A DNA stretch of 64,000 nt. Source: Clostridia bacterium. GTDB lineage: Bacteria > Bacillota > Clostridia > Christensenellales > UBA1242. Both the position numbers and the translations under genes were made by a program. Shown piece by piece: positions 40,157-50,100 of the stretch (its first letter is position 1; each line of letters begins with the position of its first letter). Location of the stretch: positions 83,697-147,696 of the forward strand of contig CAAGAD010000005.1 of NCBI GenBank assembly GCA_900767715.1. Reading direction: 5' to 3'. The notes beneath the pieces were generated by a model. The model did no database searches and had not been told where the DNA came from. It saw only the letters and a list, made by a program, of their open reading frames with translations.

Positions 40157-40487
40157 TTTCGACAGTGTTGGTTAGGTTAGAATACGCACGTAGTAGTAGG
40201 CGCTACTATAAAAACCAAATCGTTTAATAAACGCAAACAATAATAATGTAGCCGTTGCTGCCTAGTCAGCCGGCCGTTGACCTACTTGCACCGAAAGGGT
40301 AGCCATCAACGTCATAATTTCGGTGAACGGACGCGTTCGATTTCTCTAAAACGTGTCGGCATTTAGAGAATAGTTTGGTACAAGTCGTTAGCAGACTTCA
40401 CCAAGCGAAATAGATTGCTAACTAAACGTGTAGGGTATTCAGCAGATTCAATATTGGACATGGGTGCAACTCCCATCATCTCCACCA
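40144..40487 (+). ncRNA. ssrA: tmRNA (ssrA)
   Basis: 5' GGGGATG pairs with 3' CATCTCC-A-CCA and includes a G3:U pair. T-arm ATGGGTGCAACTCCCAT. Tag ORF GCA AAC AAT AAT AAT GTA GCC GTT GCT GCC TAG (40233-40265) = ANNNNVAVAA*. It lies directly after smpB. Confidence 0.88.
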
Positions 40488-40496
40488 AACTAAATA

Positions 40497-40527
40497 ACTC
40501 ACTAAAAAGTTCTAGTGAGTTTTTTTT
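40497..40527 (+). terminator. rho-independent terminator of ssrA
   Basis: ACTCACTA-aaaagttc-TAGTGAGT hairpin followed by a T7 run. Confidence 0.75.
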
Positions 40528-40586
40528 GTCGTAACTAATTACCACTTTTTGACAAATTGTGCTATAATTTATGTAAGGTAAAATTT

Positions 40587-41036
40587 ATGGGAGCATTTAA
40601 TTACGTTGGTTTAATAATAATCGTACTTATGATGATACCGAATTTGATTTATATGTACGTCAATAGAAACACAAAACCAGTGGTATATGCAGACAAGAAA
40701 CTGGACACATTAGAGCAGATTGGGCGTTACGGCTGTTTTGCTTGTATGATAGTCAATTTTCCATACACATATTTTGACTTTTGGTTCAAAAATGCCGAAC
40801 TAGTTTACATTATCGTTAGCGCTGTATTGATGACTTGTTATATGCTTTGCTGGATTATATTTTGGAAGAAAACAACAATGTTCAAGGTATTGGCGTTGTC
40901 TGTCTTGCCTTCTATGATGTTTTTGTTCACCAGCATAATGCTTGGCAGTCTGTTGTTGTTCTTTTTCACACTCATCTTTGCACCAACGCACTTCATCATC
41001 GGTTACAGAACCGTCAAATTGAATCAATCAAAATAA
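40587..41036 (+). CDS. integral membrane protein (149 aa, ~5 TM)
   Basis: Hydrophobic throughout. ATG 40587 lies downstream of a TGCTATAAT extended -10. Confidence 0.6.
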   Translation: MGAFNYVGLIIIVLMMIPNLIYMYVNRNTKPVVYADKKLDTLEQIGRYGCFACMIVNFPYTYFDFWFKNAELVYIIVSAVLMTCYMLCWIIFWKKTTMFKVLALSVLPSMMFLFTSIMLGSLLLFFFTLIFAPTHFIIGYRTVKLNQSK

Positions 41037-41044
41037 AACAAAAC

Positions 41045-41070
41045 AAAAAAGCCCAGACGGGCTTTTTTTT
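41045..41070. terminator. bidirectional rho-independent terminator
   Basis: A6, GCCC-agac-GGGC hairpin, T8. It lies between convergent genes. Confidence 0.7.
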
Positions 41071-41504
41071 CATTCAAACTTTACACCAACAAGGTAGTCT
41101 AGTGAGCAAGTGAGATTTTCCGCAATTGAAATTAGGCGTGGTAGGGAAGGGTAATGCCCGTTCTGCCAATGGCGATAAGACGCCTCACTGCAATTGGTCT
41201 GTTTGGAAAGTTTCCAGTTGGAAGTGTTGTTCAAAACCAGCACTTTATCGTATCTGTCCACAAACTGTGTCATATCATAGCCGGCGATGTTAACGTGTTT
41301 GTAGTTGTCGTCAATGCCGAACAGATAGTCTAGCGTACAATGAAAATATTTCGCAATCTTGACGGCAAAATCTATTGACGGATAAATCCCGCGCAAATAT
41401 CTGCTGAGCAAAGTGCCAGCCACACCACTTTCGCGACCAATTTGGTTGATAGACTTATTCGTGTCTGTGATAAGGTCTTTCAAGATGTCAACAAAATTTT
41501 CCAT
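41070..41504 (-). CDS. XRE-family protein with two HTH modules
   Basis: GGGAG RBS before ATG 41504. The HTH pattern occurs twice: SINQIGRESGVAGTLLSRYLRG...AVKIAKYFHCTLDYLFG and KLSKQTNCSEASYRHWQNG...LISIAENLTCSLDYLVG. Confidence 0.7.
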   Translation of the reverse strand: MENFVDILKDLITDTNKSINQIGRESGVAGTLLSRYLRGIYPSIDFAVKIAKYFHCTLDYLFGIDDNYKHVNIAGYDMTQFVDRYDKVLVLNNTSNWKLSKQTNCSEASYRHWQNGHYPSLPRLISIAENLTCSLDYLVGVKFE

Positions 41505-41954
41505 TCTTATCTCCCACAAGTTTTCGACAAAACTAAACACCGTGTGACAAAACTAGTGTCATTATTACATTTAATTTTATTTTGTTATATTGTATGATTG
41601 TTATGCGTGTACTATTTTGCTAGTATAAAAGTGCACGATAAAAGGAAAAAACGATATGGAAAAACTCAATGAAAACAATTTCAGTGAAGCCCTAGGCAGA
41701 ATGTTGATTGCTAATTATGAAAACAAAGTGATTGCGACCTCCGATAAAATTTATGTGACGCTGGATGACAAACTGTCTATAATTATTAAAATTTCCAAAA
41801 TTGTTAGTTAAAAACCGCAAAAATGGAAGAAATAGTGGGCAAAAACCAGTAAAAATGTAAAAATTTTAAAAAAAATTAAAAAAGACTATTGAAAAATTTT
41901 GCATTCCGTGTATAATGTACGAGAACAAAACTCATTTTTAAGGAGAGTAGGGGA

Positions 41955-43331
41955 ATGTTTTGGAATGCATTTGTTAATGTTTTGGCCATAATTGCGATTA
42001 TAGTTGTCGCAGCATTTGTGATGATTTTTCTCGGCGATTTGCTAATCAGCATTATTGACGGCAAGAGTGGCATTTTCTTTAAGCGAAACAAGAAAGCGAA
42101 AGTGGAAGAATTGGAAGATGAGGACGATAAGTCTAACTATGCAACACGCGAAGAGTTGGCAAAGTTGCAAGAGATGTATCGCAACAAGGAAACTCAATCT
42201 GCACCAGTTGTAGTTGTTCAGCCACAACCTGTTCAAAAGAACGTAACAGACGACTACCTAAACAACGCAGTGCCAGTTGACTACGATTTGGCTAAGAAAG
42301 AAGAAGAAATTATGAATGCCAAGAAAAATAGACTTTTGGTTCCAAAGGAGGAAGAAAAAGTTGAGAGTGGCATTACGAAAGACGAAATTCTTGACCAAGT
42401 TGATAAAGTGGCTGACGACATCTTGTCTAACTACGAAGCAGAGAAGACCAACAAGCAAAAGATTGACGATTACGCAAAAGAATTGGAAAACTACAAGATT
42501 GAGACATCTCTTGACGACGTAAACGAAGAAGAGTCGAATGCAAACACCGACAACAGCAATAATGACAATAATGACAATAATGACAATAATGACAATGATG
42601 ACAACGGTGACGATGATGGCGCAATTTTGGAACCAGCACCAGCACCAGAAAAGATTGTTGAGAAAGAAGTTGTCAAAGAAGTAATGGTTGACAATCCTGA
42701 AATTGTTGAAGAAAACAAAAAATTGCAACAACAACTTGAAGAACTCCGCAACGCATTGCAAGAAGCAAATAATCGTGCTAGCGAACTCGAACAAGAACAC
42801 GAAGAAGAAAAAGACGCCGGTCCAATGATTTACACAACTGTTGAAGACTGCGAAGCCCGTCTTGAAATCTTGGAAGAGCGTTTGAGAGTGGCAAAGAAAG
42901 AACTCAAAATCAATGACAAAGAGTTCAAACCATTGTTCAAGGTTCGTAAGAATCTCAACAAATACAAAGAAAAACTTCGTCGTAAAGAAGTCAGTGTAGC
43001 ACGTCAAAAGGTCGTTTTGTATGGTGTAAACAACTATGTGGATATCGACAAAGACCGTGCAGAAAAGTTGGCTAACGACATTGAATTGCTTGACGGACTC
43101 CGTTTGAGCGTTCAAGATTGTGAAAACGTGGTTGAAGCAAGCAAGGACCGTTATCCAATCTTGGAACAAACTAACCGTTTGTTGAAGACTAACATTGCAG
43201 ACTTGGAACACGACATTGAAACAACAACACAAGTTTTGGAAGCATTGAAGGCTGACACTCTCGTTGACCTTAACGACAACGGCATTGATGACCGCGCCGA
43301 AGACAATGACGACGACAAAAACAATAAATAA
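41955..43331 (+). CDS. membrane-anchored coiled-coil protein with acidic N/D repeat
   Basis: AAGGAGAG RBS. N-terminal TM segment (VLAIIAIIVVAAFVMIFLG), long E/K-rich heptad-like regions, and an NNDNNDNNDNND tract. Confidence 0.75.
   Translation: MFWNAFVNVLAIIAIIVVAAFVMIFLGDLLISIIDGKSGIFFKRNKKAKVEELEDEDDKSNYATREELAKLQEMYRNKETQSAPVVVVQPQPVQKNVTDDYLNNAVPVDYDLAKKEEEIMNAKKNRLLVPKEEEKVESGITKDEILDQVDKVADDILSNYEAEKTNKQKIDDYAKELENYKIETSLDDVNEEESNANTDNSNNDNNDNNDNNDNDDNGDDDGAILEPAPAPEKIVEKEVVKEVMVDNPEIVEENKKLQQQLEELRNALQEANNRASELEQEHEEEKDAGPMIYTTVEDCEARLEILEERLRVAKKELKINDKEFKPLFKVRKNLNKYKEKLRRKEVSVARQKVVLYGVNNYVDIDKDRAEKLANDIELLDGLRLSVQDCENVVEASKDRYPILEQTNRLLKTNIADLEHDIETTTQVLEALKADTLVDLNDNGIDDRAEDNDDDKNNK
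42558..42593 (+). repeat. in-frame 9-bp tandem repeat (AATAATGAC x4) with degenerate copies to ~42620
   Basis: Four perfect head-to-tail copies counted directly, followed by AATGATGAC, AACGGTGAC and GATGATGGC. Confidence 0.9.
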
Positions 43332-43385
43332 AAATAAGCACTAATTTAGTGCTTTTTTTATTTGAATATGCTAAAATAAAATCGT

Positions 43386-44507
43386 ATGACGATAAAAACA
43401 AAGGAAAATAACGGCAAAAAACGTGCTACGATACTGACTTTTTCCGTACTGCTGATAATTTTTACGGCAGTATTATGTTTTTCTTCGCTAATTACACAAG
43501 GAATTAGAAACACATTGTTTAATCACAATGTGTTGGAAGATAACGACAGTTTGCGTGTGCATTTTATAGATGTAGGGCAGGGCGACTGCATTGCAATCAA
43601 TTTGCCAGACGGCAAAACAATGCTTATTGACGCCGGACCGAATAGCGCCACAAAGGACGTCAGCGATTATCTACTGACAAATGTGGTGAACCACCGCTCA
43701 AACAGAAAATTAGATTATGTCGTTTTGACCCATAGTGACGCCGACCATATTGGTGGAATGAGTAAGATATTGACCATATTCAAAATTGGCACGATTTTCC
43801 GTCCAGCAATTGCCAGCATGGTCGATGACGACTATGGTGTGGCAAGTTGCTCGTCAACTAGTGACACGTATGCCAGCGTCATCACACGTGCAAAGCAGTT
43901 GCAAGAGACGGGCACAACTGTTATCACCACTGCACGCGGTCTTACGATTGAGGGCTCGAACTATACAATCGAGTTTTTGTCGCCGTTTAAGGACACTTAC
44001 ACCACAACCAACGAATATTCACCTTATATATTGTTGAACTGTTTTGGTAAATCGTTTTTGTTCACGGGCGACGCCACCAAAGAAAACGAAACTGAACTGA
44101 TGACCTATGAGCCAAGTTTGGATATTGACGTCTTGAAAGTGGCTCACCACGGCTCGAATTCATCTACGTCTAGCGAGTTTATGGCATACATCAGCCCCAA
44201 GTATGCTGTTATTTCGGTTGGAAAGAATAACTCATTCGGTCACCCAACTAGCGAAACGCTGGCAAATATTCGCTCTGTCGTTAATGATGACAACGTTTTA
44301 ATGACTAGCGCGGTGAGCAATGTTAGTTTCGTAATAGGTGACGGATACGAGTTTTCATATTTGACCGGCGCGATTTACACAACAATCAACGTTAGTTGGG
44401 AATTGATAGTCATTATTGCGGTCGGCGTGGACGCTCTTTGTGTCTGTATTATCATTATTACTTGCGTTCGACAAAAGGCGACAAAAAATGGCGGTAATAA
44501 AAGTTGA
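43386..44507 (+). CDS. ComEC/Rec2-related metallo-beta-lactamase-fold membrane protein
   Basis: N- and C-terminal TM segments. HFIDVGQGDCI, LTHSDADHIGG, KVAHHGSNSS, GKNNSFGHP. Confidence 0.75.
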   Translation: MTIKTKENNGKKRATILTFSVLLIIFTAVLCFSSLITQGIRNTLFNHNVLEDNDSLRVHFIDVGQGDCIAINLPDGKTMLIDAGPNSATKDVSDYLLTNVVNHRSNRKLDYVVLTHSDADHIGGMSKILTIFKIGTIFRPAIASMVDDDYGVASCSSTSDTYASVITRAKQLQETGTTVITTARGLTIEGSNYTIEFLSPFKDTYTTTNEYSPYILLNCFGKSFLFTGDATKENETELMTYEPSLDIDVLKVAHHGSNSSTSSEFMAYISPKYAVISVGKNNSFGHPTSETLANIRSVVNDDNVLMTSAVSNVSFVIGDGYEFSYLTGAIYTTINVSWELIVIIAVGVDALCVCIIIITCVRQKATKNGGNKS

Positions 44508-44586
44508 TTAATGTATATAACTTTGTTAAAATTGGTAATTGTTTGTAAAATTAATAAGAACAATTGCTCCCATTCAGGAGGTAAAG

Positions 44587-45069
44587 TTGGATAAAAACGT
44601 ACTTATTATTGGACTGGCAGAAGAAAATGTAAAACGCATTGCCGTAGCGCTGGCTGAAAAACTGAATCGTATGTATATGGACGTCGATGAATTGATTGAA
44701 TATCAACTTGTAAACAAGCAAGGGTTAAAAAAAGTTGGTCGCGAATATTTCGAAAAAATACAAAAAGGTTGTATTCGTCAAGCGTGCGATTGCGTGAATA
44801 CGGTGATCACAATTTCCACAGATTTGTATTTATTTGCTGATTATGCCGAAATTTTGTCCAAATTTTATGTTATTTTCGTTAATTTTACAAAAAATGATTA
44901 TTTATTCGCCATAGAAAGTTGCCCAAAAGAAAGACAATTAGAATTGAAAAATAGAGTAGTGGTGTTTGACGAATTAAATGCTCAACTGCGCAAGCGTGCA
45001 AATCTGTGCATAAATTATTCGACAGACGACAATGTGGTGGATAAAATTTTGATTAAACTTTGTAAATAG
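44587..45069 (+). CDS. shikimate kinase-like protein with degenerate P-loop
   Basis: TTG start after AGGAGG. NVLIIGLAEENVKRIAVALAEKLNRMYMDVDELIE aligns with AroK N(I/V)xLxGxxGxGKSTxGxxLAxxL...D.D..IE, but the GxGKS/T residues are replaced. Confidence 0.6.
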   Translation: MDKNVLIIGLAEENVKRIAVALAEKLNRMYMDVDELIEYQLVNKQGLKKVGREYFEKIQKGCIRQACDCVNTVITISTDLYLFADYAEILSKFYVIFVNFTKNDYLFAIESCPKERQLELKNRVVVFDELNAQLRKRANLCINYSTDDNVVDKILIKLCK

Positions 45070-45071
45070 TT

Positions 45072-46895
45072 ATGATGGATAAGCAAAAGATATTGACCCA
45101 ATTAGAATTGTTAGCACTAGGGCGTGCGGAATTGATGAGCGAAAGCGAACTAGACATAGCAGAGTTAAATTCTCTCTATGTTTTGTTTAGGTGGCATTTT
45201 AAATCTAGTAGTAACGCAAATCAATGGTTTAACAGAGATAGACTCATTATGCCTAACGCGGACAATTCCAGTTTGGTGACCACGCTATTTACCTTTGGTT
45301 TTTTAGATTACGACAGCACTTTCTTGCCATTTTCACCCACCGAACTAAAAAGTTGCGTGGACTTTATCAATGAGTACAACTCTGGGTGTGAAATGATAGG
45401 CAATGCGATAGGAATGGCAATCGCGGAAACCGTCTTTGACGAGAAGTTCAGCGCTAAAGATTTGCCTGTATGCAGTCACCGAACATTTGCGATGATTAAT
45501 GATGATATTATCGACGAAAACGCGTTAAAGGTGAGCGAGTATGCCGTTAAATTTGCACTAGATAAAATTACGATAATCTGCACCACAAAAGACTTTCATT
45601 TATACGATAAATTTCACGATTTGGGTTGGGACGTCCATCGCGTTGATGATGTCACAGATATAAATCTCTTGAAAGAGAGTTTTGACCAGTCTGTGCAAAA
45701 TAAATTGAAGCCCTCGATTATTTTCGTAAAAACTAACAAAATTTCAGTAAAAAACAAGCGAAATTTGCAACACGAACTAAAAATTGATAAAAATCATTTA
45801 TTGTCTAATGACTTTTACCAAATTGTAGATAAAAATAGAGCGATATTCAATGATGAATATATTAAGAGTAAAATTCAGTTAATTGACTACGCACACATAC
45901 TTCCAAGCACGGCAAAAGAATTGAAACTCGTTCAGTCGGGAAAGTTGCTAAACTTTGACACAGTCTTCTATGATTACGATATTTCTACATATGAATGCTT
46001 CATCGTATTCTTAAAAGAGTATCTGGCGAAGAATAGGGCGACGGTTATTTTGTCTAACGAGAAAGACCAGTTAGAATTGGGCGTAGACAACAAGTATTAT
46101 GGCGCGAAAACTCGTTATGGTACAAAAATAATAGTCGATGAGCCATTCATTATCATCAACTCGATCGCCAACGGATTAGCAATGCATCAGCATATGACCA
46201 CCTTTGTCATCACCAGCACAAGCGAACTAGATTGCGCGGGATTAAGAGTGACAGCCAGCCAGCATTTAGGCGTAAAATATATGGTGTTGGACGACAGCAG
46301 TTTGACGGGTGGCAAACAACATTCGGTCGAAGGGTATCTAAATATTTCAAGGCAAAAACGTATGCCAACAAGCGCGGTTTTCAAGCCTTGTGATTCGGCG
46401 GAAATGTATATGTGTTTCGACCACATCTTGCGTTGGCAGGGCGTAGGATTGATGTTCGTCACAACCGGGCAGTTGAATTGTATAAACAAGTCAACTTTCA
46501 GGGTTAATTGGGGCGCATATTTTATGCAGAATAATGTGAAGAACAGGAACGGAATTATTTATAGTTCGGGGCTGGAAATGCGCAACAGTTTGCGTGCCCG
46601 AAAACGACTAATAAAATATGGCTATAACTTCTTAACGGTTAGTGTTCCGTGTGTTGAAGTATTCAAAAAACAGACCCCACATTATTGCTCCCAACTCAAA
46701 CCAAATGATGACGATATTGTTCTCATTGTTGATAGTTTGGCGAACAAAAATTTGAGTGTCTTTTATGGTAAAAACACCACCATTATAAACGTGGAAGAAA
46801 CGGACGACATCAACTCCGCAAAGCAAAAATTCTCGATAGATAATATCGTAAAAACCATTATCGATTTGTGCAAAAAAGAAATGAAAAATAGTTAA
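45072..46895 (+). CDS. transketolase-family protein with degenerate ThDP-binding/catalytic motifs
   Basis: Collinear with Tkt: NRDRLIMPNAD (Tkt DRDRFVLSNGH), IGNAIGMAIAE (GQGIANAVGMAIAE), FAMINDDIIDEN (FMGDGCMMEG), SIANGLAMH (AIANGISLH), VLDDSSLTGGKQHS (THDSIGLGEDGPTHQP), FKPCDSAE (WRPCDQVE). Confidence 0.65.
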   Translation: MMDKQKILTQLELLALGRAELMSESELDIAELNSLYVLFRWHFKSSSNANQWFNRDRLIMPNADNSSLVTTLFTFGFLDYDSTFLPFSPTELKSCVDFINEYNSGCEMIGNAIGMAIAETVFDEKFSAKDLPVCSHRTFAMINDDIIDENALKVSEYAVKFALDKITIICTTKDFHLYDKFHDLGWDVHRVDDVTDINLLKESFDQSVQNKLKPSIIFVKTNKISVKNKRNLQHELKIDKNHLLSNDFYQIVDKNRAIFNDEYIKSKIQLIDYAHILPSTAKELKLVQSGKLLNFDTVFYDYDISTYECFIVFLKEYLAKNRATVILSNEKDQLELGVDNKYYGAKTRYGTKIIVDEPFIIINSIANGLAMHQHMTTFVITSTSELDCAGLRVTASQHLGVKYMVLDDSSLTGGKQHSVEGYLNISRQKRMPTSAVFKPCDSAEMYMCFDHILRWQGVGLMFVTTGQLNCINKSTFRVNWGAYFMQNNVKNRNGIIYSSGLEMRNSLRARKRLIKYGYNFLTVSVPCVEVFKKQTPHYCSQLKPNDDDIVLIVDSLANKNLSVFYGKNTTIINVEETDDINSAKQKFSIDNIVKTIIDLCKKEMKNS

Positions 46896-47178
46896 AAAAT
46901 AAGCGTAAAAATAAAATAAAAAAGCGACATTATAGTCGCTTTTTATTGTGTGGTTTTTCACCACTTGTGAAGTATTTGCTTCACATTATAAATTTGTGTA
47001 AAAATTTTATAAATATTCATAAAAATTGCATATTTTTAACATAAAAATGCAATTTTTACGCCTTTTTTCGTATATTTGATAAAATTATTTGAAATATATT
47101 TAATTTGAATTTGTCAATAAATTATTTAATTTTTTATTAATCAAATTAACAAATGATTAATTAATAAATATTTAAATT

Positions 47179-50100
47179 TTATTTAATAAATTTTTTGTAA
47201 TTTTCGCGTCTTGCGATGGCGTCTTGTTCGCACAATTTTTGCAAGATTTCTGCTTGCTCTGGTTCGGCTCTTCTTAACGCCGAGAAACGATTTTCAGTTT
47301 GCAAAAATTCTTGCATTGTTATGGTTGGGTCAGGTGAGTCAATTTGCATTTTGTGCTCGGTGCGTGGGTCGTATCTAAACAATGTCAAATAGCCCGACGC
47401 AACGGCGAGTCTTTGGTGCAGATTTGCGTTCTTCATATCTATGCCGTGATTGATACAAGGCGCGTATGCAAACACGATACTTGGACCGTCAAAACTCTCG
47501 GCTTCGACGAGTGCGCGCATCAGTTGATTTGGGTCAGCGCCAAGGCAAACATTCGCTACATAAACATCGCCATAAGTCATCGCAATTGATGGCAAATCTT
47601 TTTTCTTGGTTTGCTTGCCGTCCGCACTAAATTTTGCCATTGCTCCGCGTGGAGTTGACTTGCTAGTTTGACCACCCGTGTTGCTGTAAACTTCGGTGTC
47701 GAGTACGAGAATATTTACGTTCTCGCCCGACGCTAAAACGTGGTCGAGTCCGCCAAATCCAATGTCATAAGCCCAGCCGTCACCACCTATAATCCAAACG
47801 CTTGGTTTGACTATAAGGTTTGAATTTAAAATCCATTTTTCTTTTGGAGATAGTTTCAATTCTTTTAGTTGTTCATAGCACTTTTCGCTTATGCCCGCGT
47901 CGTCACTGTTGGCAACGAATTTGTCAACAATATTTTTCACGTCAGGCGAGAGTGCAGTTTCATTTTTTAGTCGGTTGATGAAACAATTTCTTGCATTCTT
48001 GCGACCCAGTGCAATCCCGAGCCCGTACTCCGCATTGTCCTCGAACAAACTGTTCGCCCAAGCAGGCCCGCGTCCGCTTTCGTCTTCTGCGTATGGGCAA
48101 CTAGGGAAGGACGCTGAGTAAATGCTACTGCAACCCGTCGCGTTGGCAATAATCATACGATTGCCGAATAGTTGGCTGACAATTTTTAGATACGGCGTTT
48201 CGCCACAACCAGCGCACGCACCACTAAACTCGAAATAACTCTTTTCAAACTGACTGCCTTTGACGCTTGTTCGGTCATAAGGATTGACAGATTTAATTTT
48301 GTCAAATGAGTTGTATTTTTTCAGTTCGTTATCCACGCACTCGGTGTATGGGCGCATTTGCAAGGCTTTTTGCTTGGCGGGGCAAACTTGTGCGCACAGA
48401 CCACAGCCCGTGCAGTCGAGCGGACTGACTTGCAACACAAACTTTCCGTCCGCGCCGAATGCGTTACGTTGTGCCAGACAACCATCAATCTCTTCGCCGT
48501 TCTTGACGAACTTCGGTCTAATGGCTGAATGTGGACAAACGAATGAACAGCGGTTACATTGAATACAGTTTTCGCTAATCCAGCAAGGAAGTTTGTCTGC
48601 AATTCCGCGCTTCTCCAACTTGGCGGTGTCGGTAGGCATACTTCCGTCCGGATTGAATGCCGAAACCTTAATTTTGTTACCTTGGCAACTAGCGATTGGT
48701 TGCATGATGTTGGTGTAAAATGCGGATTTTTCCTTAGATTTTTGCGTTGTGGCAAACTCTACCTTGTCGTAGTCAATCTTTTGCAAGAGTCCGCGAGCCT
48801 TTTCCAGTGCAGAGATATTGATATTGATGACATCAGCACCTTTCTTGGCTAACGTTTTCATAATCGAGTTTTTCAGTTCGAGCAAAGCAATCTTGGAGTC
48901 GAACTTACCGTTTAGGGCGAAGAAGCCCGCCAGCATAATGTTGTTGATTTTATTATTCAATCCACATTCGTGGGCAAGGGTGGTGGCGTCCAAAGTGTAG
49001 AAATGCACATTTTTGGCTTTGAGCGAGTCAACCAATTCGCGACTTATTGGCGCTTTTGGTGGCATATTCGCCAAAATCACTCCGCCGTCCTTAATATACT
49101 CGCCATAAGGGAACTTATTGACGAACGCCGAGTTGTTTATCATCAAGAAATCCACTTTCGCCGAATTGAAACTGTCAATAATAGGCTTATCGTCCAAACG
49201 AATATGGCTCGTTGTCATACTGCCAGACTTTTTGCTGTCGTATTCAAAATAGCCCTGCGAGTATTTGCCCGTAATCTTGGACAAAATCTTGCCCAACGTT
49301 TTGGACGCCGACACACTGCCATCACTACCAATGCCATAGATACGCACGCAGTATTGACTGTCGTCCGCGATGTATGTGTTCTCGACGGCGAGCGAGTTGC
49401 CCGACAAATCATCGTCAATGCCCACACTGAAACGAACCTTGCCGTCTTTGCGCATATTATCATATACGGCATTAGCCATATTAGCGTCAAATTCCTTACC
49501 GCCTAAACCGTAAATTCCGGCAAACAAGTTGGCTTTGATGCCTTGATTGTGGCAAGCGTTCAAAACCGCATTGTATAGGCTGTCAGCATTCACAAAGTCG
49601 GCATTTCGGTCGAGAATGGTGATATTTTTCACCGTTTTAGGTAAGATTTCAGCAAGACGCTTCTCATCAAATGGCGCAAACAATCTAATCTGCACCACGC
49701 CACACTTTTCACGCTTTTCGCACGCCAAAATGCAACTATTCGTTGATGAACCCAGTGTTACAATCACGTTTTCTGCTTTTGGGTCACCCACATAGTCCAG
49801 CGTGTGATAGTTTTTTCCCGTTAGTTCGTTGATTTGGGTAAGTGCGGAATTGAAATTTTCAATTACATTATTATACGCGGGCGCGCTAGCCATACGGTTT
49901 TGGAAGAACACGTCAGGGTTTTGCGCCGTGCCTTTGCAAATAGGCTTGATAGGGTTGAGCCCAACACTGCGGAAAGCGTCCACAAGGTTTATAGGCAAGA
50001 CAGATTTAATCTCTTCTGGTGTGAATTGGTCAATGGTGTTGAGTTCGTGGCTGGTTCTAAACCCGTCAAAGAACACAACGAATGGTAAACGGCTCTTCAA

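Noticed and set aside
40363-40545. 60-aa minus-strand ORF
   Set aside because: It lies entirely inside the tmRNA gene and its terminator, so it is an antisense artefact.
40549-40554. TTGACA hexamer upstream of the membrane-protein gene as a -35 box
   Set aside because: It lies only 8 nt from the TATAAT at 40563-40568. That promoter more likely relies on the TGC extended -10.
42258-43232. 324-aa minus-strand ORF antisense to the coiled-coil gene, and similar antisense ORFs in the giant gene, fusA, tuf and nifJ
   Set aside because: These are open frames mirroring codon-biased or low-complexity sense genes. They have no RBS, and the sense strand carries the recognisable protein or has an RBS and terminator.
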